DNA from: Macrostomum lignano
Taxonomy: Eukaryota
Reading direction: 5' to 3'
Assembly (NCBI GenBank): GCA_002269645.1
Contig: NIVC01001823.1
Coordinates: forward strand, 124,001-188,000
Length of the DNA stretch: 64,000 nucleotides
This document shows positions 46,674-57,410 of the stretch, piece after piece. A program made the translations under genes and the position numbers. The notes under the pieces were generated by a model. The model was given only the letters and a program-made list of their open reading frames with translations, ran no database searches and was not told the origin of the DNA. Numbering within the stretch: the first letter of the stretch is position 1; each line of letters opens with the position of its first letter.

Positions 46674-49600
46674 TATTTTTAAACTGGTTTTGCTGAATGA
46701 ACGAATGACTCAAGAGTAAATCAATCTACTAGAGCTCACAATCAGAAAGTTCTTCTCTATCTTTTCTCTCTTGTCTTGCTTGGTCTTTCGCTTAAGAAAA
46801 TCGAGGCATATATATTCATGACCTCAGCTTTCTATTCAACCTCAAGGGATTCCCTCTCTCAACCAATAGGAAACCGCCGTTAAAAAAAGACAAAACTCGT
46901 TCTATTTAGCCTACTGTTAGTAGGGGCATGAGAAAAGCCAAAGTATAATTTATATTAGAGTTAGATACAAAAAGCGAGAAGCTAGTCGATTTTGTAGTTT
47001 TGTTGACAAAACAACAGCTGCATAAATATTGACTGAAAAATTCTGAAACCTGCACTCCAGCGACGCCAAAATATAGTAATTCAGCGATAAAATGAGCCAA
47101 TATTGTCAAGGCTGTCGTCGCCATAGATTTTGTGGTGGGGACAAAGCAAAACACTAAAATGAAACATGATGGACTTAAATTCATTAGGTACTCATTTTTG
47201 CGGGGTAGGAACTCATTTTTGGGCCGCAGGGCACTCATTTTGACGCCGCAGGCACTTTTTTGGCGCCGCAGGGCATTTGGCACCGCAGTCAGGCACTCAT
47301 TTTGGCGCCGCAGGGCACTCATTTTGGCGCCACAGGCAGGCACTCATTTTGGCGCCGCAGGGCACTCATTTTGGCGCTTTAGCCACTCATTTTAGCGCCG
47401 CAGGCAGTCACTCATTTTAGCGCCACAGTCAGGCACTCATTTTAGCGCCACGCACTCATTTTAGCGCCGCAGGCAGGCACTCATTTTAGCACCGCAGGCA
47501 CTCATTTTTGCGCCTCATTTAACATTGAGCAGTTTCATGTAATTTTATGGAATCACAGTGAATCACATCTTTCTTTTCTTCTAACAGTATTTTAGTCACT
47601 TTTTGTTGAACACCAATATGAGCATGTACATGAATTTTGACGTTTACATTTGAATGCATTAACTATTAACATTTAATAAATGAATCTAGGTGATGGTGTG
47701 CAATGAAAAGCCAATAGTTTATGCTATCTCTTCTGTACAAACAATTGAGTCTTATAGTTACAATACGAGCTACATCAATTTACACATTGTGATGCAGATG
47801 CAATCCCTGATCAGCCGCCATCATGTTGCGAAAGTGACTCTGAAAAGCCGGAGAAAGAATTTCAGCATGCAGACAGGGCCTGTCGGAAAGGTCTCAGACT
47901 ACGGTAATGCTTAAGCAATCGCAGAAGCTCACGACCCCACCTGCCAATCTGCCCGAGACTGGCATGGGCTCTGCGTCCCAGGCCGCAACGACGGGGCTGC
48001 AGGTGACTGTCGGGCTACTGCTGAGCTGCTCGCTGACATCGTCGGCTGCTGGCACCGCTGGAGACTCGAGGTCTGAAGGCATGGCTGATATATTTGAAGT
48101 AGTGCGTCCTCCTCCTTCTGAATGTTGCGCCTTCTCTTTCTATTAAGAGAGGGAGAGTGGGGGGAGGACGGGCGAACTTGGTTGGCCGGAAAATCCAACG
48201 CTTAGCCGACCATTTAGAAGAATAAACCAAGGTCAGAGTGGGACCTCAGGGGAATCCCCAGCGCGCTCACCCCACCAGCCCCACCCCATGTTCTAAATTT
48301 AGCCCGTACAATGATGGCACTACAAACTGTAAGCCAAAGCGAGATGGTGAGACACAAGAAAGGACAAGGGACCTCAAAGTATTCATTCTCTGCGATCGCT
48401 CGTTTTGTCTAAATGTCTGAACTCAAAAATATAACGTTCTCTAATGTTTTCTAATATTTCGTATTAATAACTCCTTTCTCCTGTAATCGCTTTGGATGAC
48501 TCGCTTTCTTTAATATTAATCCTTGGATTTGATTTTGGCATAAAAATCGAGTATCAAACATCAAAAAAAAGAATCGTCAATCAACAGTCAAGGAGTCAAC
48601 ACACCTAATGGTAACGAATTTTAATTAGGTCAGCAAACCTTCAGTTTGGGTCATTAGTAGCTTTGAGTCCAGAGTTTTTGTCTTAGTGGCTTAGTGAGTC
48701 ACGACTCACCAGTCACAAAATTCAAAATTGATTGACATAAGAAAATTTGAAAATGACATTTCTTGGCTTGTTCAGTGACTTCAGTCGTCAAGACGAGAAA
48801 GAAAAAGTCAAGAAATTTCTTAGAAATCCCTTCCTAAGTCTGTTAATAGCGCAGATAAACCAGAAACTCACCAGAAGAGATGCCGCATACGGGCGGCACC
48901 CACATGCCTGACTTGATGAGGCCGAGCCACTCCGAGGTGATCAAAGTGTGACTCCGCTGAGCCTGGATCACGTTAATCAGCAGGCTGACGCCGACGCCCA
49001 GCAGGAACAACAGGCAGACTCGGATGATGAATTTCACCGACATTATTTTTAAACTGGTTTTGCTGAATGAACGAATGACTCAAGAGTAAATCAATCTACT
49101 AGAGCTCACAATCAGAAAGTTCTTCTCTATCTTTTCTCTCTTGTCTTGCTTGGTCTTTCGCTTAAGAAAATCTAGGCATATATATTCATGACCTCAGCTT
49201 TCTATTCAACCTCAAGGGATTCCCTCTCTCTCAACCAATAGGAAACGGCCGTTTAAAAAGACAAAACTCGTTCTATTTAGCCTACTGTTAGTAGGGGCAT
49301 GAGAAAAGCCAAAGTATAATTTATATTAGAGTTAGATACAAAAAGCGAGAAGCTAGTCGATTTTGTAGTTTTGTTGACAAAACAACAGCTGCATAAATAT
49401 TGATTGAAAAATTCTGAAACCTGCACTCCTGCGACGCCAAAATATAGTAATTCGGCGATAAAATGAGCCCATATTGTCAAGGCTGTCGTCGCCATGGATT
49501 TTGTGGTGGGGACAAAGCAAAACACTAAAATGAAACATGATGGACTTAAATTCATAAAGTACTCATTTTTGCGGGGTAGGAACTCATTTTTGGGCCGCAG

Positions 49601-50608
49601 GGCACTCATTTTGACGCCGCAGGCACTTTTTTGGCGCCGCAGGGCATTTGGCACCGCAGTCAGGCACTCATTTTGGCGCCGCAGGGCACTCATTTTGACG
49701 CCACAGGCAGGCACTCATTTTGGCGCCGCAGGGCACTCATTTTGGCGCCATAGGCATTCATTGTGGCGCTGCAGTCACTCATTTTAGCGCCGCAGGCAGG
49801 CACTCATTTTGGCGCCGCAGGCAGTCATTTTGATGCCACAGGCACTCATTTTGCCGCTTTAGCCACTCATTTTAGCGCCACAGGCACTCATTTTAGCGCC
49901 GCAGGCAGGCACTCATTTTAGCGCCGCAGGCAGGCACTCATTTTAGCGCCGCAGGCAGGCACTCATTTTAGCGCCTCATTTAACATTGAGCAGTTTCATG
50001 TAAATTTAAGGAATCACAGTGAATCACATCTTTATTTTCTTCTAACAGTATTTTAGTCACTTTTTGTTGATCACCAATATGAGCATGTACATGAATTTTG
50101 ACGTTTACATGTGAATGCATTAACTATTAACATTTAATAAATGAATCTAGGTGATGGGTGTGCAATGAAAAGCCAATAGTTTATGCTATCTCTTCTGTAC
50201 AAAAATTGAGTCTTATAGTTACAATACGAGCTACATCAATTTACAAATTGTGATGCAGATGCAATCCCTGATCAGCCCCATCAGGTTGCGAAAGTGACTC
50301 TGAAAAGCCGGAGAAAGAATTTCAGCATGCAGACAGGGCCTGTCGGAAAGGTCTCAGACTACGGTAATGCTTAAGCAATCGCAGAAGCTCACGACCCCAC
50401 CTGACAATCTGCCCGAGACTGGCATGGGCTCTGCGTCCCAGGCCGCAACGATGGGGCTGCAGGTGACTGTCGGGCTACTGCTGAGCTGCTCGCTGACATC
50501 GTCGGCTGCTGGCACCGCTGGGGACTCGAGGTCTGAAGGCATGGCTGATATATTTGAAGTAGTGCGTCCTCCTCCTTCTGAATGTTGCGCCTTCTCTTTC
50601 TATTAAGA
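45779..50608. repeat. Tandem segmental duplication: unit 1 45779-48148, unit 2 48149-50608
   Basis: Base-for-base match at offset 2370 from 45779 to 46802; then scattered SNPs/indels and a longer GCGCC minisatellite in unit 2. Junction tattaaga|gagggagag. Confidence 0.92.
48872..49043 (-). CDS. INSIG: Duplicate copy of INSIG coding exon 1
   Basis: Identical to 46502-46673 including ATG and donor; lies in the second unit of a tandem duplication. Confidence 0.7.
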
Positions 50609-51579
50609 AATTCTGTGGGTAATGCCCTTTGTGACAATACAACACTTGCCCCTGCAATATTGAGTATACTTTTATGAACCTGATCGGGTAAAGGCAGTGG
50701 CTATACTCGTATAGAAACGTTTAGCAGAAGCGCAGCTGCAAAGAAGTAAAGCATATAAGTATAGCTACGCTCGTATACATGTACAATATTTTTTGCAGAC
50801 CATTTGCAGGCTATTACGAGCACCCGTAGACAATTCCAATTCCCAAAGTTACTGGTGTTGTATTTGAGAAGAAAAAAATTCTGTTAGAGAAAGAAAACAG
50901 AGCGCAACTGAGCTGAGCAAAACTGAATCGATAATTATTGAACGGTCTACCAAGTCTGCATGGCCACTCGATCTATCAGAAAAATTTATGATCAGAGTTG
51001 TGTTGTGAGTCGATAGTTTTTTTAGTTAGGCGCCGCACTAGTCAGCTGTTCCCTTCGCCCTCGCCCCAGGCTTCTGTCTGCCGCTGGGCAGTTGTCTGTC
51101 CCTTCTCGCCTGTCCTCTGGCAGGGTCGTTTCATAAACCCTAATTTTCACAACGTCAAAAATAAGCAATGCAGCAGATTTCACAAGACCTAAATTTCACA
51201 AGACCTGAATTTCACAAGACCTAAATTTCACAAGCCCTAAATTTCACAAGACCTAAATTTCACAAGACCTAAATTTTACAAGACCTAAATTTCACAACGC
51301 CTAAAAACACTATAGAGATAAAATCTTTCTTCTACAATCCTTCTGTATCTCCATAGTGTTTTTATGGTGACTCGCGACGGGGGGTCCTTCATTTTTTGGT
51401 GCAATCGATTTCCCTCTATAAATGCAGACCCCCTTCATGGCTTGGCTCAGACAAGCGTTTCGGCGTCCTCCTCTATATCTTTCCGTTTCGTCCTGCTTGA
51501 CTTTCTCTCTCGTCTTAGTTATTTGCTTCAAAGAGCTCGGCACCTCACCGAAGGCTGCAACTCTGCGGAGTTGGTGGCA

Positions 51580-53545
51580 GGGGGCGCTTTCATTAGGCCG
51601 AAATTTCACTTCGCCGAAAAGCAGCCTCTTTCACTAGGCCGAAACTTCACTTTGCTGAAATGACTAGCACGCTCTTTCATAAGGCCGAAACTTCACTTTG
51701 CTGAAATGACTAGCACGCTCTTTCATAAGGCCGAAACTTCACTAGGCCGAAACTTCACTAGGCCGAAACTTCACATTGCCGAAAATCATTTTAGCAGCCT
51801 CTTTTACTAGGCCGAAACTTCACATTGCCGAAATGACTAGCACGCTCTTTCATAAGGCCGAAACTTCACTTCGCCGAAAAGCAGCCTCTTTCACTAGGCC
51901 GAAACTTCACTTTGCCGAAATGACTTGCACGCTCTTTCATAAGGCCGAAACTTCACTAGGCCGAAACTTCACTAGGCCGAAACTTCACTAGGCCGAAACT
52001 TCACTTTGCCGATATGACTAGCACGCTCTTTCATAAGGACGAAACCATTTTAGGAGCCTCTTTCACTAGGCCGAAACTTCACATTGCCGAAAATCATTTT
52101 AGCAGCCTTTTTTACTAGGCCGAAACTTCACTTTGCCGAAATGACTAGCACGCTCTTTCATAAGGCCGAAACTTCACATTGCCGAAAATCATTTTAGCAG
52201 CCTCTTTTACTAGGCCGAAACTTCACATTGCCGAAAATCATTTTAGCAGCCTTTTTTACTAGGCCGAAACTTCACTTTGCCGAAATGACTAGCACGCTCT
52301 TTCATAAGGCCGAAACTTCACATTGCCGAAAATCATTTTAGCAGCCTCTTTTACTAGGCCGAAACTTCACATTGCCGAAAATCATTTTAGCAGCCTTTTT
52401 TACTAGGCCGAAACTTCACTTTGCCGAAATGACTAGCACGCTCTTTCATAAGGCCGAAACTTCACATTGCCGAAAATCATTTTAGCAGCCTCTTTTACTA
52501 GGCCGAAACTTCACATTGCCGAAAATCATTTTAGCAGCCTTTTTTACTAGGCCGAAACTTCACTTTGCCGAAATGACTAGCACGCTCTTTCATAAGGCCG
52601 AAACTTCACATTGCCGAAAATCATTTTAGCAGCCTCTTTACTATGGTCGAAAGGGGATGTGAACTTAAGCGTCCAAAATGGAACCGCAAGCAAGCAGTGA
52701 CGATTTCTCTGCACCAGTTTCTTTATTTTGACCTGAGTGTTACTGCTACTAAAGTGGGAGCACGATATGGTCACTCAGTTTTTTGTATGGAATATTTTTG
52801 GCATTCCTGACTTCATTTGGGGTTAACTTTGATTTCTTATTATTTTCATTGCATCTTCTGTCCCAGTCGGATGGACTTTTAAGTTGTAGAGTGCTTAAGT
52901 CCTTGACTTCTGTGAAATTCAACCCGTATGTTTTTAGTATCAAAAAGACAATGTACAATAGTATATGATTTTTTATATGCCCCCATATTGTCTCTCCTAT
53001 CTTCCCCATTTTTTTCTTAAATTGCTCGCTCATACCCTTCAGTCTAGCCGCTAGCGGGAACGAGCCCTATACAGGCCTGGTCCTGTTGTCTGCTATTGGT
53101 CTGTGCAAGGACTCGTGGATCTAGCAGGTTCTAGTTCTAGATCTCTGAGGTCTGTTTAATGATTAATGATTAATAATAGTGATTAGTTATTAATCAATAA
53201 TAATAATTATAATAATAATATAATGATAATAATTATTAACGATTAAAGATTCAGTTTAATGTTACCATGTTAGTTTCGGCCTAGTGAAAATGTTTTTTTC
53301 GGCAAAGTGAAGTTTCGGCCTAGTGAAAGAGGCTCCTAAAATGGTTTCGTCCTTATGAAAGAGCGTGCTAGTCATATCGGCAAAGTGAAGTTTCGGCCTA
53401 GTGAAGTTTCGGCCTAGTGAAGTTTCGGCCTTATGAAAGAGCGTGCTAGTCATCTCGGCAAAGTGAAGTTTCGACCTAGTGAAGTTTCGGCCTAGAGAAA
53501 AACTATGCTAAATGATTTTTCGGCAAAGTGAAGTTTCGGCCTAAT
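51580..53545. mobile_element. Foldback-like element with modular inverted arms built from AGGCCGAAACTTCAC units
   Basis: Left arm 51580-52640 (forward); right arm 53270-53545 (reverse complement). The same rare variant block (GATATGACTAGC...GGACGAAACCATTTTAGGAG) occurs in both arms. Confidence 0.65.
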
Positions 53546-53722
53546 AGATCAACTCGAATACTTCCCAGGAGAGCTCAAGGTAGGCAGCTCTAGTGACTGA
53601 TTGGGAAGCGAACAGCAAAGTACTTCAGTTGGATACGAAAAGCGAGACAATGCAATTTTGAAAGCTTTGCTCACGAGTAATAACAAACAGCATTAATGAG
53701 GTAATGACTAAAAAGTTCCAGA

Positions 53723-54913
53723 AAAGTGCCGTAAAGACGGTCTCTGACTGTTTTTACCCTGGCTGCCTCTCTGGTAGCTTGTCTAAGGGTTGTGCGCAAT
53801 CCGATTGGCCTAGCTTCGGCTAGCCCAATAATTAAGGGTCCGCTCCGGAGGGGCTGTGCCCAGTCTAAATTGACTAAAAATAAAACCCTATTCTTTTTTC
53901 GTACTCCAATAATTTGGCCATCGGCCCTGGGTTAGGGGGGGGGGTGCCCGGAGTGAGTTGGATATCTGGACTGCAGTGTGGCTAGGACGGGACTGAGCCC
54001 CCCGGTCGTACCCGCCCTGCAGGAAAGAAAATGACCAATTCACAAAGGTGCACGGTAGACCCAGTAGACTGCCAGCCCTGAGGCTGAGCCCCGGGTACAG
54101 GTTTGAGAGGAGGCCTGTGTGGGTTCAGGTGCTCCTCCAGCTATGTTTTAGTCCTTTACAGTATTGTTTTTATCTTAACCCGGCCTATGTAGCCATCCAA
54201 TTTCTCGGAGTTATGAGCTCTGCCCACTGCCCGGTCCATCCTGCTCTGTCCTTGGGTCCATCTACTGGCTCCTGCTGACGGTCCCTGCCTGCGTGTCTCT
54301 GGCTCTCATCCTGACAGTGGATTGGTGTCCTGGGAAGGATGTTCGTCCCGTACCGGGGACAACCGGCTGAGTCCGGTGTCCTCTTGCCCCTGGTGCCTCT
54401 TCCCGACCCCTTGGCCTGGCCCCCAATAATGAGCTGGATAGGCGATGCCCTTGTGGCTTGCAGCCCTATAGGAGGGTTTTCTGGTTTACCTCTTGATAGG
54501 AGACTCGCCCTCAGATACAAGCCTTCCAGAATCCAGACTCGCTCCAATAGTTAGCCCTTTCCAAGACTTCTGGGTTTACCCGCTCTTGGACGGCTTTTAG
54601 TAATAAATCCAATTCTGTTTTTCGCGCACTCCGAGGACTTGTCTGCTGGGGGGGGGGGGGGTGGCCTGGGTGGACTCGGTCCTAGCACCGTCCCTGATTC
54701 CATTGTTGGTTTGGCGGTGTCTTGTACCGTAGGTTTGGGTCGACTTCGCCCTCCCGCGCTTTATGCGCGGGCCCAATCTCCATCTCTCGGGGTATCTCGG
54801 GCTCTAAAAACAGCTAATGCTGTGCCCCTGGCAGTGCCCCTCGCAGCAGAGCCCTTCCATGTGGCTGATCCGCGGGTCCCCCCTTAGGACCCTTTCGTTT
54901 AACAACAACAACA
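53723..54913 (+). mobile_element. 1.19-kb retroposed insertion (5'-truncated LINE or long SINE) with (AAC)n tail and 13-bp TSD
   Basis: AAAAAGTTCCAGA at 53710-53722 and 54914-54926; tail tttaacaacaacaacaa; no RT ORF recognisable. Confidence 0.7.
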
Positions 54914-54934
54914 AAAAAGTTCCAGAGCATGCAC

Positions 54935-55840
54935 GCCTGCCTCCTGCGACGCCAAGATAAAGTCATTCGGCGATTAAAATGATCGAGTTCATGTTGTCAG
55001 GACTGTCGCCATGGATTTTATGGTGGGGGGGAATCAAAACATTATGCAGTTACATGGACTTACGTGTACATTCTAGATATTATTTTTCGAACCTGCGTTG
55101 TTTAAAACTTACTCATTTTGGCGCCGCAGACACTCACTTTGGCGCCGCAGGCAGGCACTCACTTTGGCGCCGCAGGCAGGCACTCATTTTGGCGCCGCAG
55201 GCAGGCACTTACTTTGGCGCCTCAGGCACTCATTTTGGCGTCAGAGACACTCATTTTTTCGCCGCAGGCAGGCACTCACTTTGGCGCCGCAGGCAGGCAC
55301 TCATTTTGGCGCCGCAGGCAGGCACCTACTTTGGCGCCGCAGGCAGGCACTCATTTTGGCGCCGCAGGCAGGCACTCATTTTGGCGCCGCAGGCAGGCAC
55401 TCATTTTGGCGCCGCAGGCAGGCACTCATGTTGGCGCCGCAGGCAGGCACTCACTTTGGCGCCGCAGGCAGGCACTCACTTTGGCGCCGCAGGCAGGCAC
55501 TCATTTTGGCGCCGCAGGCAGGCACTCATTTTGGCGCCGCAGGCAGGCACTCATTTTGGCGCCGCAGGCAGGCACTCATTTTGGCGCCGCAGGCAGGCAC
55601 TCATTTTGGCGCCGCAGGCAGGCACTCATTTTGGCGCCGCAGGCAGGCACTCATTTTGGCGCCGCAGGCAGGCACTCATGTTGGCGCCGCAGGCAGGCAC
55701 TCACTTTGGCGCCGCAGGCAGGCACTCATTTTGGCGCCGCAGGCAGGCACTCATTTTGGCGCCGCAGGCAGGCACTCACTTTGGCGCCGCAGGCAGGCAC
55801 TCATGTTGGCGCCGCAGGCAGGCACTCATGTTGGCGCTTT
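54935..55840 (+). mobile_element. 'Head + minisatellite' element, longest copy (25-bp CACTCATTTTGGCGCCGCAGGCAGG array)
   Basis: Head CTCCTGCGACGCCAA...ATTCGGCGAT...GTCGCCATGGATTTT(A/G)TGGTGGGG shared with ~47060 and ~49425. Confidence 0.65.
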
Positions 55841-56699
55841 CCGTGACTCATAAATTCTCCTGTCAATATGTTATAGCGCCGTTGGATGGAATACACAGTT
55901 TGCAGCTTCACAGCTTCAGCCATCGTGAAGTGTGGACAGCGCCAGCTATCACCTCTTCAAATTGCACTCACATCCAGCTCTTACGTGTACTTTTCGTTGC
56001 CTGTCTTGTCATACAGTTAGGAGCCCACTGTGCTGCGTGATCTTGTTCTTCTAGTGCTTCATCTGAGGTAACTATAGCTCTCCCATCTTCCTCCAAAAGC
56101 TGGCTAGCTTCCTGATCCCTCGATCTTCTTCTTCAGCTTCTCTTTCCTCTTTTGCAGCCAAAGCGACACCATGCAGTGTGACACTGGAAATGACTAAATG
56201 GCTGCTCGGGATTATTAAATTTAGTTGCTCCAAAGCCCATCATAGTTTGGACCATATTTTAGACTACTGAGAAATTAATGGATGTGGCTGAGCTTTGCAC
56301 TGCAGGTGTCTATACAGGTCCTTGCCTATACAGGTCATTGGCTAAAACGATTTCGTTGTTCAATTTTTGTTTTTTCCTTAGATGTGCAGCTTGAGAAAGT
56401 CGATCACATTGACTGATTTAAAACACACAACATTGGCAAACAGTTGTACATGTACAGTACAGCGAATTATGTACAACGCGTATACGTCACGCATGCAAAC
56501 ATGTAACAAAAAACTTAATTCGACAGTCCTTTGTGCAGTCATTGCAATCAATGAGTCTGCACGTTCCCATACCACTGCGGTGGAGCCCGACTCCTCGCAC
56601 TCGCTCGAATCGCCGTCGGTGCTCCTTGATGCGGCAGCAGGTCTTCGCGACCGAGAGCCGTCACTGTCACTGAGGATCACGGCGGTGGTGCGATCTAGC

Positions 56700-57410
56700 G
56701 ATTCTTGAGATCTCAGCCGGCTGCACAGCTTGGCACGCGCAAACGACGCGCCTTACCGCGCGCACCAAGTCGCTGACCTTGAACGTCGGCAGTGACCTCC
56801 TCCTGGCCGAGTTGAGCTTATTGAAGACTCGCTGTTCATCCTGTCTGGCGTCTTTGGCTGCAGTGTGCCGTCAGCGGGGTGCTCATTTTCTGGCCCATCA
56901 TCAGCTCCGTCGGTGACACCCCGTCGATCAAGACTTCAGCTATGGTCACTCTGCGGACATGCAGATTCTTTTCTGGTCACTTCGAATGCAGGTCGCACAG
57001 CACCAGAATGAAGCGGACTTGAGTTCCTTCAAGATGTTGAATTGAAGCTCCTCCCAAGGTCGCGTCGGCCACTTCGTCGGTGTCAGCATGTATGGCTTGA
57101 AGTTTTTCTAGCTGAGAGCAGCTGGCAGGCCTCGTAGTGCCGCACGATTTCTTTCATTAGGCTGTCGATCTTTGATTTGGCTGTCGATCTTTGATTTGGC
57201 TGTCGATCTTTGATTTGGCTGTCGATCTTTGATTTGGATGTCGATCTTTGATTTGGTGGTCGATCGGGCCACCAGACCTGAGTCCTTCGTCAGTCTATCC
57301 AAAGTAGCAAATTAGCGGGAATCACCGCGCGCAACCGATTCACCAGGCACTTGCTATCATTCCAGACTGCGAGCTGTTCACTGATCCATCAGAACGGCTG
57401 CAGCTCTCCG
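56700..57410 (-). pseudogene. Decayed Ty3/gypsy integrase fragment
   Basis: With frameshifts/stops it reads EQLAVW...CLVNRLRAVIPANL, QVWWP, IDSLMKEIVRHYEACQ, LTPTKWPTRPWEEL, FILVLCDLHSK*PE, GVSPTELMMGQKMSTPL, FKVSDLVR. Confidence 0.75.

Noticed and set aside
47894-48140. GC-rich segment (MPSDLESPAV...) as an upstream coding exon of INSIG
   Set aside because: The open frames reach the GTGGGG donor in phase 0 or 1, while the acceptors before the INSIG ATG need phase 2; it may be UTR or unrelated.
51440-51500. CGAAACGC on the minus strand suggesting a hammerhead ribozyme (Penelope-type)
   Set aside because: No correctly placed CUGANGA core upstream and no supporting stems were found.
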